A stretch of 63,996 nucleotides of DNA, filler included, from Basidiobolus ranarum (GCA_040143965.1; 15 parts of 15 records of this genome joined end to end with filler, not necessarily neighbours in it); one strand, 5' to 3'; shown: positions 47,863 through 60,230, numbered from the whole stretch's first letter. A program made the numbers and translations. Notes: a model not told the origin generated them from the letters alone.

Positions 47863-50800
47863 TTAGTAACTTACGGCAATGTCTTCCAACTCACTGTCTG
47901 TTTCATTATCATTGTAACCGCCAATCTCTTTGGTGTTTATTTCCGTAGGAGCCTCCTCATACCTCGCAACAGGGGAGCTATACCCTGTATTTTTCTTAGT
48001 CCCCTTACTTTCAAGATCTTTGGGAGTCATCTGTGAGTAAGAACCACTCTCTTTAGATGGTGTTTTATTCCCTTTGGTGTTCGTATTACCCTTCTTAGCG
48101 GATGAGTTACCTCCTTTGGTGTGCGTCTTACCCTTTTGGGAGAGAGAATAGCCTGTTTTGGAATTAGAGTTCTCTGAATTTAAACTCGAAGATTGGTATT
48201 TTCTTAAGGACTCAATATCGAAGTCATCGTCTAGGAAGTCTTCACTTTGAGATTGACGGCTTAAACCTCCGATGCCATTGAATTCATTGGAACGAAACTC
48301 TAAATCATTCAGAAGATCGAAATCAGAGTCTTCACTCGAAGCGCCAGAAAACCCTTCAAAATCTGAGTCATCGTTAAATCTAAAGCCATTATTTTTGTTC
48401 GCAGTGCACTTCCACTTCCCAGCAGAGTCTAGCTTACAAACTTTGGAGCGAGTTCTTCTAGCTCCAGTAGAGGGGTCATAGATTTCCTGTGTGTCGATAT
48501 ATTCAGACCAGGAGGAGTCGTCCCCATCAAAAGCGGAATTTTCATCAGTCCAACTGCTTCCTAGATCTGCTCCAAGATTGTCAACAGTAGTATTCTTGAC
48601 ACTGCTTGAGCAGTTCCAGTCTCTCTTAGAAATATCGTATCTACAAATGGTAGTTTTGGTTGATTTACGGCCAGTATCGCTATTAATATACTCTTCAACG
48701 TAGGTTCTGTCGGAGGGGAGCTGTACGGTGTTGGCGAAAGGATCAGTACCGCCTAATTCCTCGCTCTTATCCTGGCATCTCCATTGTTGTAGTTTACCGT
48801 CGAAGCTGCATGTCTTTACTCGTCGACGAATGAACCCAGTAGTGCTCTCAAAGTACTCTTGAATGTAGATTCTGTCGGCTGGAAGGGCACCATATGCATA
48901 TTTTCCTGAAGAAATGTGGATCAATTCTTTACTATTGCCATTCCTCAAGCTGATGATTTCTTTATCCTGGTCTGGTCGATTGAGTTTGTTGAAGTCAATA
49001 GGGCTGGATAATTTCTCAGCAGGAACTGAGGTGTACAGCCACGTTTGAGAATCGGGGTCATATCTGCAAATCACTGTACGTCTCTCGACCTGCGTAACTG
49101 TTTGATCGATGAACTCATACACGTATACTCGATCAGGAACCGGAACATTCAGATTGGTTTCTGGCCAGTAAAGACTTTGCAACTTTATACCGCTGTACAG
49201 TGACAATTCTGGAGAATAACCTGATCGATCAGCAACCAATGGTTTGTAACCACCGAACTTGGATACTTTGTTCTCGCATTGATTCTTGTACTTGGTCTTG
49301 CACACCTTGGCCTTTCGCGTAATCTTTCCAGATGTAGAGTCAATGTAGAGGTCCACAGTTTCTTCTTCATCAACCGTGATATCTGTCTGACTCAGTTGTC
49401 CGTATGTGGATCCAGTATCCAGCATAGTGCATTCCCATGAATTCTTGGCGAACTTGCACACTTTAACCCTCTGTTGAATGCCGTTAGTGATTGGATCTAG
49501 GTACTCTTGAACGTAGATTCTGTCTGAGGGATAGTTTGTGTCGGTCGACAGATGGATGGTCTCTACTTCGTTAACGCTTGTCAGCTTGATGGTGTTTACC
49601 TTCTCGTTGCGAGGATTTACTTGAGCAATGTCTATCGGTGAGTCCAATACTTTGTCTATCGATGTAGCACACTCCCATTGCTTATTCGCCTTTCTGAGGC
49701 GGCATATCATTAAGCGTCTCTTGTACCTTTTACTGGGCTTATCCAGGTATTGATACACATAGATTCGTTGGTTTGAGGTGGAGGAGGAGTCCTCTGGCCA
49801 ATAAACAGTTTCAATTCTGAAATCATCACGGATGATATCATTTGCGAACTTCTTCACATCAGTGTCCCGATATGTCTGATCGGTAGGTCTTAGAGGCCTG
49901 TAACCATCTGACGAAACTCCATTATCGTCAGTACATTCACGCTGTGCACCTTCCGAAGATAACTTGCATTCCCTGTTTTGGAAGTGGAAAACCCCTGTGA
50001 TTGTATCGACAAATTCGGTTATGATTGTCTTCACCCCAGAGTCAGTATTGTCGTCAATACCTCGGCTGGTACAAGTGTAACGCTTATCTTCAACATTCCA
50101 TGTACAGATTCGAAGTTTTCTGCGTACAGTGTTGGTCGTCTCATCCAAATACTCCTCAGTATAAACCCGATCCGGTGGCAAATACACGTTAGTAATGGAG
50201 GTTCCTGGGTCAGCAATTGGTTGATCAGCAGGTCTGATTGGTCCAATCTCTTCAGTACGGCAAACAGTATCTCTGATGTCAGATCTCCAACTACAAATTC
50301 TGTAACGACGCCTGATACTTCTGGTGATTTCATCGTAGTACTCCTCAACGTAATGTTGTTCACGGGGAACATTTCTCTCTGGAGAGACATCAGGTTGTAG
50401 ATATTCGTCTATTGAATCCTTCTCAACTACACACTTGTACTGTTTCTGATCAACATCCCAGGTACAGTGTTTAAGTCTATGTACGTAAGTGCCCGTTCTT
50501 TCATCATAGAACTCCTCTACATATTCTTGATTGGGTGGAAGATATACATCTACAGGCTTACCTGTGGGGACAAGTACCTTTTGAATGATAGTTTTACCAG
50601 GAACGTAAATCTTCTTGTAAGTTGGAGGCACAATTTGCTTAACCGTCTTATAGCCATACTCCCCAGGAATTCTGATTTTCTCCCTGCTAATTTTCCCGGG
50701 GACACGAGTCTTAACCACCTTAGTCCCACCAGGAACAGTATACTTAATATACTTATACTCGGCATCAATTGGGACTCTAGTCTTAACAGTTCTACCAGGA

Positions 50801-51313
50801 ATCTTGAACTTTTTCTTGATGATCGCCCCTTTAACAGGCACCCTCTTGTAGGTGTATCTAGGATCTGTTCTGATTTTTCTTGTAACTGTTTGGCCAGGAG
50901 TTTGTGTTGTCTTGATGGTTGTTCCGCCAGGGACAGTCTTTGTTTCCAATTTGTATGTAGTCTTTGTCTTGTACTTATACTTCTTGGTTCCTCCTGGTAC
51001 TCTAACCTTTTTGGTAATAGTCTGACCAGGAACGATGATCCTTTTGTAGCCGTATTCTTCAGGAATTCGGATTTTCTTGATAACCGTTTTACCTGGAATT
51101 CGAACTTTGGTTCTAGTTGGCTTACCATCAATATAAATCTTTTTGAGTCCATTGACTGGAGGATATGAAACTTTCTTCTTAAAAGTTTCACCGGGAACCA
51201 CCACCTTCTTGCTGGTGTAGCCTCCTGGAATCTCCTTTGTCTTGTAACCGTACTCCTCAGGAATGTACTTCTTGACAACGACAACCTTAGTCCCATATCG
51301 ATTTGGTTTAGTG
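47863..51313 (-). CDS. Large intronless repeat protein (>=1149 aa, 5'-truncated): K/V/I/P/G/Y-rich repeats, ~11 two-Cys modules, Ser/acidic tail
   Basis: The frame is open from the contig edge (TKPNRYGTKVVVVKKYIPEEYGYK...) to the TAA at 47863. Internal repeats are conserved at protein level and CpGs are retained. Confidence 0.92.
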
Positions 51314-51637
51314 NNNNNNNNNNNNNNNNNNNNNNNNNNNNNNNNNNNNNNNNNNNNTTAATTAATTAANNNNNNNNNNNNNNNNNNNNNNNNNNNNNNN
51401 NNNNNNNNNNNNNGAAGGGAGTCTGTAGCGCTTTGGACATTTTAGTAGTGGTAAATGGTAAGAAATCTAATTTACAAAAGCGCAAATCCAAGTCGTTCAA
51501 AATTCACCACAAAATAGTGATAAAATCAGATAAAAGTTTCGGAGGTGTGTGTTCTTGTGTACGGCTATATATCACAACACTAACCTGTAGTGGCTCATGA
51601 TAGTTTTATGGTGGACCATTGCAGTTCGTGGTACTTT

Positions 51638-52890
51638 TTATACATCGGATTTGGGACGATTTGAGTTACGTTTTGATGAAACCCTTCGAGGGAAACTATT
51701 TCCAAAAACTGATGTCACGGAAGAACAACCACTATCAGCCATCTTTCGCACTACACAGGCCAACGGAAAGGCACCTTCTCCTCCTTGAGTTAAATTACGT
51801 CCCACCGCCCATCCATCATCGAACATCCACAATATTAGGATGTTATCTCCCGATTCGATGGATAATTCATCCGGTAAAGTTGCCTCGTATGTGAACTCGC
51901 ATACACACTCACTGACTGAAGATACGGAAGAATTGAGCCTTGAAGTACTACCGGAGGTTTTAGTCTTCTCAATTTCAACATTCTTAATATCTGTCTTGTC
52001 GAGTTTTCTACGTTTACAAAAAAAAATCACCCCTACAACCAACCCTATCCCTCCTAAGCACCCAAAAACGATGGAACATATCAAAGAAACATGGCTATTA
52101 GGGGCTATAGTGATTCCACAAGACCGGGCACTTTCGGAACGACAACAAGCATCGTTGGAGAATTGACAAAAAGTGCATAGATATGGAAATTGAAGGGGAA
52201 GTGCGAAACCTATATTTTCCAAAAGAAACATAAAAGTATGAGCAATGAGATTAAAGAGAACTATAGTAAGATATCTATATATCACAAACCGCAAGTTGTC
52301 TCTTGATCTTCTTTACTATCAATGCAGTTACCAACAGTTCCGTTGAAAGGAGCAACATCACACCAAGCCAAAGTGTTGCGTATCTTTATTTCTTCTTGGT
52401 CAGGTGGAGCGGGACAAGCGGTTTCGTTTCGTATCACCGTTTCCCAACCCTTAGTATAAACTAGACAGGTACTCCGACAGAGTGGAGCTACAGGATTATT
52501 CTCGTTGCAAGCCAAGGCGTTTGGATCCCGAAGGAGTAGACTACGACAAGTAAAACTAGCTCGGTACGGTGGTTCATAGATACCGTCCCAACCAGCACCA
52601 CCAAGACAACCGAACTGTGTGTTGATTTCTTTAATATCCGAAGGTGAACCAAAGTAAAATCCCATGGCTCGGTCAAAAGCCACTATGTCAGTAGTAGGTA
52701 CACCATTTACGATAGTCTTGTTTGATATGTAATATTCTCCAAAACCACTACCACAAAAATTCGAATCTTTTAAGCTGAAACAACCAGGTTCGGTTGGTGG
52801 TAAGGGCAATGGTGAGGGGAGGGAGACTGTTTGTGAGGAGACCGATATTATAGCCAAGTGAAATAGGCCAATGACCCTCAAGGTAATCAT
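51638..52890 (-). CDS. Type-I membrane protein: signal peptide, Cys-rich ectodomain, TM helix, cytoplasmic SH3; 2 exons
   Basis: Intron 52210-52289 (GTTTGT...ATAG) joins ...TTCG/FALP. TM segment LICSIVFGCLGGIGLVVGVIFFC-KRRK. SH3 YEATLPDELSIESGD...DDGWAVG...EGAFPLACV. Confidence 0.9.
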
Positions 52891-54571
52891 TGTTGATAAC
52901 TTTCAAATGATTAGGTGGAAAAGTGAAGTGAATAACAGGACTATGAAGGTAGTTGACAATAAGACAAAGCAATGAATGGTTGTAGCTGAGTCAAAAGTAA
53001 TATGTGAAAATGGATGTTAAACAAAAAGGCACTTGAACTAATTCCAAAAAAAGAGCCTCATAATAAGACATTTGGGGTAAGGTGGATGGAGATTAGCGGG
53101 ATATATTTTGAGCACCACACTGGAATAACCTCGATGATAATAAGCCATGGATAATTTTGGCAGCAAATTGGAAGTTTCTTACGCAAACGCAGCCAAGGCT
53201 ACCCCTAAATTGGCACATGTAACTGCAATATGGAGCTAAGATGGACCCCATATAAGTGATCCGGAAGTTTATTTTTCGATGGATCAGTTGCACATCCGTA
53301 GAAAGGATAGAACTTCCATTACGATACACAATCGAGTCAGGCCAATCCAAAGGTATTAGGTTTGTTTTTGTTTTACGACTCCATCCCAATTGATTGGTCG
53401 CAACACCACGCCAACCAGCTCCAAGAGGGCCAATGGATGTTAGATGGGCTTCAACAATTGAGATCTTTGCACTGCCATAGTTAATCAGCGGTCATGAAGG
53501 AGCTACATGCCTTAATGTATATGCCGGAAATAAGCTTAATTTAAGGTATCTATTTGGAAGTTGATCGAAGGTGCCTTACAATAGGATTCGATCAGTAGTA
53601 ATGCCATCGTCTTGACAGCACAGATTCTTCCGAGCATTAATTTGAACACCTGATCTCCACTGATCATGTGGCTGTTGGAAATGAACCGTATGTAGAGTGA
53701 ACTGTGACTGGATTAGTTTCAACTCCCTACTCTCCACCTTCTTTGTTCACAGCCAGTCAAATTACTTGTTGAATGTCTCATCCTGTCAGACATCTTGAAA
53801 AGGTCTGATTAAGATGGCCTGATTCGAGTATGTGCAACGCATGTTGAAATCATATTCTGTTTCCTAACTTGTAGCGATAGTTCTCTTGAGATTGTGACGG
53901 AGTCCTGTCCAGACAAGAGCTCTTCTCGGAGCTCTTGCACTTCCCGTTCACTTGATTTCATGTCCCATCTATAGTCATATTTCACTCATTCTAGCACCAG
54001 AAAGAACATCTGTGGATTGTTCATCTCTCCAGACTATCTGGTACACGGATACTTCATTGCATCAGTTATCCAAAGTCCTATGCTTCATTTTTGATGGTAC
54101 AGCTTGAACGCATTGTTCGAGTATCGACCGTATAACTATAGAGCTACTCAGGTGGAGTTAAGAACGTTGATCAAGTACGGAATGCCACATTGAAGCCAAT
54201 CAGCAGGCGTGCTACATTTCCAAGGGTTTCATGGATAAACCTACTTATAAATCACTTAACTATTATATCTTAGTCAGTATAATATACCCTCGTCATTGCA
54301 ATTCCGAATTTATGGTATACTCTAAAATTTCTACTCTTTGAATAATTCAATGATGACGAATTTACTAGCTTGGTTATTCTTGAAAATCAAATTTTATTGA
54401 TGATGCTGGTAGAAAATGATCTGGCTATAGAAATCATATTGAATTTGCACTAATTCAGAGAAATACTTGACAAGTGAGTGAGAATGAATGGTGTCAATTG
54501 GCTTTATATATCTATATATATTTTTTGGTTATACACCCAAGACAGAGACGGTGACTATTTGACATGATAAT

Positions 54572-55586
54572 TTAGAGGCCATTGACGTTCAAAAGAAGGT
54601 TGGAACCCCCCTGTTGGGAAGGAAGGTAAGTAACGTTACGAGCAGCTCCCAGGGTACCAGCAATTTCTCTAGAAGCTTCGATACGACGTAATTCAATCAA
54701 ACCAGCACCGGCCTTGTTCAAGGCATTGTTAATGGTTTCGGCGGCTTGGGCTTCACCTTCGGCACGGATAATGGCAGCTTGTTTTTCCTGTTCAGCCTTT
54801 TCGACAACGAACTTGGCTCTCTCAGCTTCCTGTTGAGCAATTTGCTTTTGTTCAACAGCGTGAGTGAACTCACGACCGAATGTCATGTGAGTAATAGAGA
54901 CATCTTCAAGTTCAATGTTGAATTCTCTGGCTCTCTTGACCAATTCTTCACGAATTCTGGAGGAAACCTAATCAAATGAAAATGATTAGAAATATGGACG
55001 ACTCATCGAAGATAATAGAATTTCTTACAATTTCACGCTGAGTAATCAATTCACCAGCATCGAATTGAGCAACAACAGCCTTGAGAATTTCGTTACCAAT
55101 GGAAGGTAAGACTCTCTCATCATAATCGAGACCAAGAGATTGGTAGATTTTGGGAAGGTGACCAAGGTTGGGTCTGTGGAGAACACGAAGAGTCAAACTG
55201 ACAGTTTGCATATCCTTGGATCCAGTAGTAGTGGAGATACTTCTTGGCTTGGTACGGACATCATAAATAATGGCACGTTGAAGCCAAGGGACGAGGAAAT
55301 GGGTGCCCTCACCAACTACTTGAGATTTAACACCCTGAATACGATCGAAGATAACAGCTTGATATCCACCCTGGACTAAAGATAATTATTAGTCAAAGTA
55401 GAATATGATTTGACTCGAGGAACTAAACAGACAAAAGAACAATCTAAAAAAATCTAATTATTAAATAGAGTAAAGGCAAACTTACCATCATACATAGAGT
55501 AGTTGGCAAAAGTAGCAGCGGTACCCAGACCAATAGCTCGTTTGGCAACTTTACTGAGAGCGGAGGTAGCAGAGGAAGCCAGTTGT
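54572..55586 (-). CDS. PHB1: Prohibitin-1, 5'-truncated, 3 exons visible
   Basis: [16 protein letters not shown]...[12 protein letters not shown]...[21 protein letters not shown]...[17 protein letters not shown]...NVTYLP. Exons 55586-55486, 55375-55029, 54967-54572. Confidence 0.97.
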
Positions 55587-55766
55587 NNNNNNNNNNNNNN
55601 NNNNNNNNNNNNNNNNNNNNNNNNNNNNNNTTAATTAATTAANNNNNNNNNNNNNNNNNNNNNNNNNNNNNNNNNNNNNNNNNNNNATTTTCCATTCATG
55701 GAAATCTTCCCCATTGAATGTTGGAATATTAGTAATCTCCTTTTGGGAAGAAGACTCTAATTCACT

Positions 55767-56094
55767 TGCTGCTACCATGTTGGAGGATCTTGACATATTG
55801 GGGGTAGACTTTGGGTATTAGAAGCATCTTATGATAGTGTGTTTTAGTTACTTTATTCTTAAGAGTATATGGTGACTTATATAGTAGAGAAGTAAATCAA
55901 TTGTTTGAGATATTCAGGAGTTTGTGTAATAAGTTATAATAGATGAGTGGGGGTAATAAGACATACTTGTTATATAGATATAGTGATATTCCTATTTAGA
56001 ATATAGGGGCTATAGATATGTTGCTTTCTGCTTCTGATATATCTATCATAACTAAAGTTGACTATGATGTTGAATTTAGATTAATTATCCAATA
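55767..56094 (-). repeat. LTR family D (55778-56094) followed by a 3'-end tRNA-type PBS TGGTAGCAGCA (55767-55777)
   Basis: TGTTGGA...TCCAA(C/T)A inverted termini. TGG-type PBS directly after CA on the minus strand. Second copy at 47140. Confidence 0.75.
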
Positions 56095-56099
56095 AACTC

Positions 56100-56174
56100 T
56101 TTAAAAAACAAGTGAAAACCACCAACTCTCTATTTTTCCAAACCATTTCCAACAGGCTCTCAAGTACTTTAACA
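56100..56174 (+). repeat. LTR family B 3' end fragment
   Basis: GTGAAAACCACCAA...TTCCAACAGGCTCTCAAGTACTTTAACA is the reverse complement of 16955 onward. Confidence 0.8.
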
Positions 56175-58510
56175 ATAGCTCTGTCCTTAGAGGAGCCACA
56201 TGATAATATACCTCTAGTGACTATGCCTTCAGGAATTTGTACTAATAGTACTACGAAGTCTGCTGCTGAAGGAAGCCCACATACTCCAATTAGAGAACAA
56301 AAGAAACCCTACCCAATACTTTGGTCCCATAAGAAATCTGAATCATGGCAGGCAGTCACATGAAAATCACCAGCTAGGTAAAAGTAACCAGTTAGTATTT
56401 CACATTCTTATACTACACATTTATCTCTATTATAAACTGGATTATAATATTGTTAGTTTTCACATAATTTGACTCCTTTTATCTAACAAAGTTCCCAGTT
56501 TAAAATTACATTGTGCACTGTGAATTGCTTAATTTTTCTCTGTACCTCAACATTGATGTATAAATATGGCAAGAATGTAATATGCATGGATAAAATATTA
56601 AAGGGTCTCTATGCAATGGCAAGAATAATTTTGCTTTGGAGCCAATGCTGAAATTGTGGGTATTAGTGAGGATAAAAATGCAAAGTTTTGTTCAATAAGT
56701 GCTTAGATTTGTTTATGGAAGATTTTGGTACACTATCTAGGAAACAATGGAAAAAAACTAAAGACTTTGAAAGCAAGAAGTTGCTCTCCAATTAATAACT
56801 CAGTATAGTATAAGTTATATTTCTCAGACATTGCTCTAAGTTCCATTTATGGAAGGTTATTATATCTATATTTATGCAGTCATCCATATATTTCTTCGAA
56901 TCCAGATTTATTGAGTATTAACTTTATGACTTTATGACCTCATTCACACTCACAAGAACTCTGTTTCTTGAAATTTCCTTTAAACTAATCAAGAGATTTC
57001 AATCCTTTACATCCATTGGTGGAGTTTATTTCATGCTGCAAAAACTGGCAGTATTCACTGCCTCTCATACATACATGCATACCAATTGCTTGCTATTCTC
57101 CAAATAAAAAATAGACAATTTGGTAGCTAAGAATATTCTTGGCATTGCGAATCTGTTGAATAGTATAATATTGTTGTCATTAGTTGCATAGTACATGGTC
57201 AATTAGCTATTTTTTTGTAACCAAATATCTTTCTCAAATATTGCATCAGAAAATTCTTCTATATAAACATCCAAGTATTGGATGCTTCCGAGGAGTTAGT
57301 AATATCTATGGTCTCAAACCCCTCCCCCCCCCCAGGGCACTATTATCAATATAGCTAAGCGCATGTTCTACAGAGAATTTTTTAGGACACTCACTCTTTT
57401 GCATTTCTGTGTGTTCTGTTGGAAGTTATACAAATTGCACAAACTGCACAGTGTTATGATGATCATTTCAAGAGCATTATGTGGTAGGTGGCTATAGATA
57501 TGTGCTATGCAATATTCTGCAGGATAGAAATCAACAACGTGGCATACTCATGAGCCTTGCAATTGTGATGACATCGTCATTCTGAAGTGTTGAGTTTGAC
57601 CCTGCAGATTGTTAAGGGGAGTAGCAAAAGGAGCACCATAATCTGCAATCCTGATTCATTCGAAATCTTTACATGTATGCAACCGGGTCACATGCTCGGG
57701 TTACCGTTTACCTTGTCATGGCAACACATGTAGTGGGATACAAAGGTTCATCTTATCAGTGATAGAAGTATTTGCAGCAATTTCTAAACATCAAGAGTTC
57801 ACCTTCCTAACCTAATAAAGTAACACAAATTAGTACGCAATCAAGCGCAGAACTATATGACAGTCCCGCAAGGCTTTATAATTAAAAAGATCAGCCTGAG
57901 CATGTAAGATTGTTCAAAATATTTTGAAGTTTGAAAGAACTTCTTCCATACACGCTCGTATCACCCTCGAATAATCTTAGAGCCCAGGAGTTCGATCATT
58001 TTAAAATATTCATTTCCGACAACACTGAGTGAAAATCCCTAGCGTCTCGCAAACCTACCCAGATATCCGTAGCCAATGGCGAGTGATAATCCTAAATTTA
58101 TGGCATTGTGCGCTTGACTCTCCTATTAATATGGTGATGCTGCTTGCTTTTTTCGATTCAGTATATTTTCAATTCCTGTTCCTGTCTTTCCTTATTAGAA
58201 GGAATCACTATTAGCTTAATCAAATTCTACCAATCGCCTATTACCTCCTCCTGACTATTTAATGATGTTTCCTATATTCGTCACTCACACATCCTTGGTA
58301 TACAAATAAGGCTCACAGAACTATATAGTAATACGCTCTTAATTCGTACACCTCTTTCTTTCAAACTAGTAAGTACTTCCCTTTCTTTAACTTCAGCTCG
58401 GTTCTTGGTGCTATTTTTTTACTTGCTACTCAAGTATTCGACAGACCTTAACTTCTCTTATATATCTTCGTTCTATTGAATCTCTCTCTAACCATCGTTA
58501 TCAACTCATT

Positions 58511-59852
58511 ATGCTTCAAAGTACCTACAAGGTAAATACGTCAGCACTATACTATCGTCACCAATGTGCTAACCACCTAGAACCATGAACATTATTCTAT
58601 TCGTAGGATATGAACGGCAGCAAAGGAAGTTTATCTATTAGGTCTCATGGCTCTATCTCTAGCTTGGACTCGAGTTTATCCATACCCTCCAAAGTCCCAT
58701 GTATACCAACGTTCACTGAAAATATACTCTATGTTCGCTCTATCCCTCAGACGGCAACATTCGAAGATTTGAGAGTTATGTTCAAGACTACTCAACCCAG
58801 AAGGTATGAATCAGATGCAATCATTGTTAACTGGCATGTTTTAATTGAATTCAAAATGTTTAGTATTCGCCACCCTGCTAACGCCTCGTCTCTAGTTGGC
58901 TGCATCATCGAATTCAACACACCCCGTGAAAGTATGTTACTCTTTGCCAACAATCGTAATATCCCTTATAATACAACTATTCTAACACTGCATTAATTTA
59001 GCTGAGAGAGCATTCGCTACTGTAAACAATACCTACATGAAGGCACACAAAGGTCTTATGGGTTTGACCTTCTTCGATCCCAATGGTGGAAAAACCGAAA
59101 TTGAACCCCCTTGTCAGACGATCATGGTTAAGCATCTGGCTCCCGAAGCTGATGATGTCACATTGTATAATATGTTCCGTGAAGTTGGGCATATCTATCT
59201 TTGTAAACTTGGAATGGATGAAAATGGAACCTTCCGTGGCTTTGGCTTGATTCAGTATTGGAATATTGACGATGCCAATACTGCATATGAGAGATTGGTA
59301 ATTAGTGTTGTACAGCCTCTATAGTATAAAATAATCTTAGATCTAACCAATCCGTTTATGTTATAGAGCGCTGCTGAATACAAAGGGTCTACAATGTAAT
59401 ATTTGCGTAAAATATTTAAGGATATTCTGCATTTGCTAATTAGTTTACAACCGATAGATCTCTTACACAATATGTTCCGAGAGAGAAGAAAACTGGGAAA
59501 ACACCCAGCAGCTCAATCAGAACCGGTAGCATGTCTGGAAGTATTCGTGGTCGTCCTGCTTTGAACGCTGACCTTTTCAAGCCCCCCACCCCATCACTTT
59601 CAAGCTCCGACTCCGGAGAACTAAGCAACTACTTCAATAATATGGCATTTTCTCAGCAACAATCAGGAGAGTTTGGTTCTTCTCCACCTGGAGGACAGAC
59701 TGAATATAGGGACCCTATGAGTGCAATTGCTGCTGGTTTAGATCCATCCAATCTGTATATCAAAAATCTTGATTCGTCTATCATGAGCTCTGATCTTTTC
59801 TACGAGTTCCGTCACCTTGGGCATATTAATAGTGCCCGTGTTATGATGAACG
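58511..59852 (+). CDS. rrm4: Triple-RRM RNA-binding protein, Rrm4-like; multi-exon, 3'-truncated
   Basis: Spliced: LYVRSIP...IIEF...ERAFATVN...IEPPCQTIMVKHLAPEADDVTLYNMFR...FRGFGLIQY...YKGSTISL, a Ser/Pro linker, then DPSNLYIKNLDSSIMSSDLFYEFRHLGHINSARVM. Confidence is high for a multi-RRM protein and moderate for Rrm4 orthology. Confidence 0.8.
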
Positions 59853-59952
59853 NNNNNNNNNNNNNNNNNNNNNNNNNNNNNNNNNNNNNNNNNNNNTTAA
59901 TTAATTAANNNNNNNNNNNNNNNNNNNNNNNNNNNNNNNNNNNNNNNNNNNN

Positions 59953-60230
59953 TAGGGATTTCAAAGGTGACAAATTAGCATTCAAGTGGTAATTGTGTAA
60001 AATTTGAGTTATGTTTTTTGCACATGTGTTGATCCATAGTTCTCTGAGATTTTAGCCAATTATGTGCAACTATTTTGGAAGATCTTGAAATTTCACTCCT
60101 GAAACTGAAAAAATTGATTGAAATCAAACCTAACTTGACAATTTTATGATGGTAAGTAAATGGTCAATCCCAAATGGATTAAAACTGTGACGTTTTTCCT
60201 ACAATAACAATCCTCAAATTTCTGTTAGGG
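59953..60230 (+). mobile_element. Right end of CCCTA-terminated DNA transposon
   Basis: Matches 32660-32937. Ends ATTTCTGTTAGGG where the gypsy RT sequence is cut. Confidence 0.65.

Noticed and set aside
49978-51296. Overlapping ORFs 50467-51168(+), 50550-51296(-) and 49978-50400(+)
   Set aside because: These are shadow ORFs caused by the biased codon content of the large repeat gene, with no motifs of their own.
53400-54300. Coding-looking stretch between the SH3 gene and PHB1
   Set aside because: No ORF of useful length and no recognisable motif on either strand.
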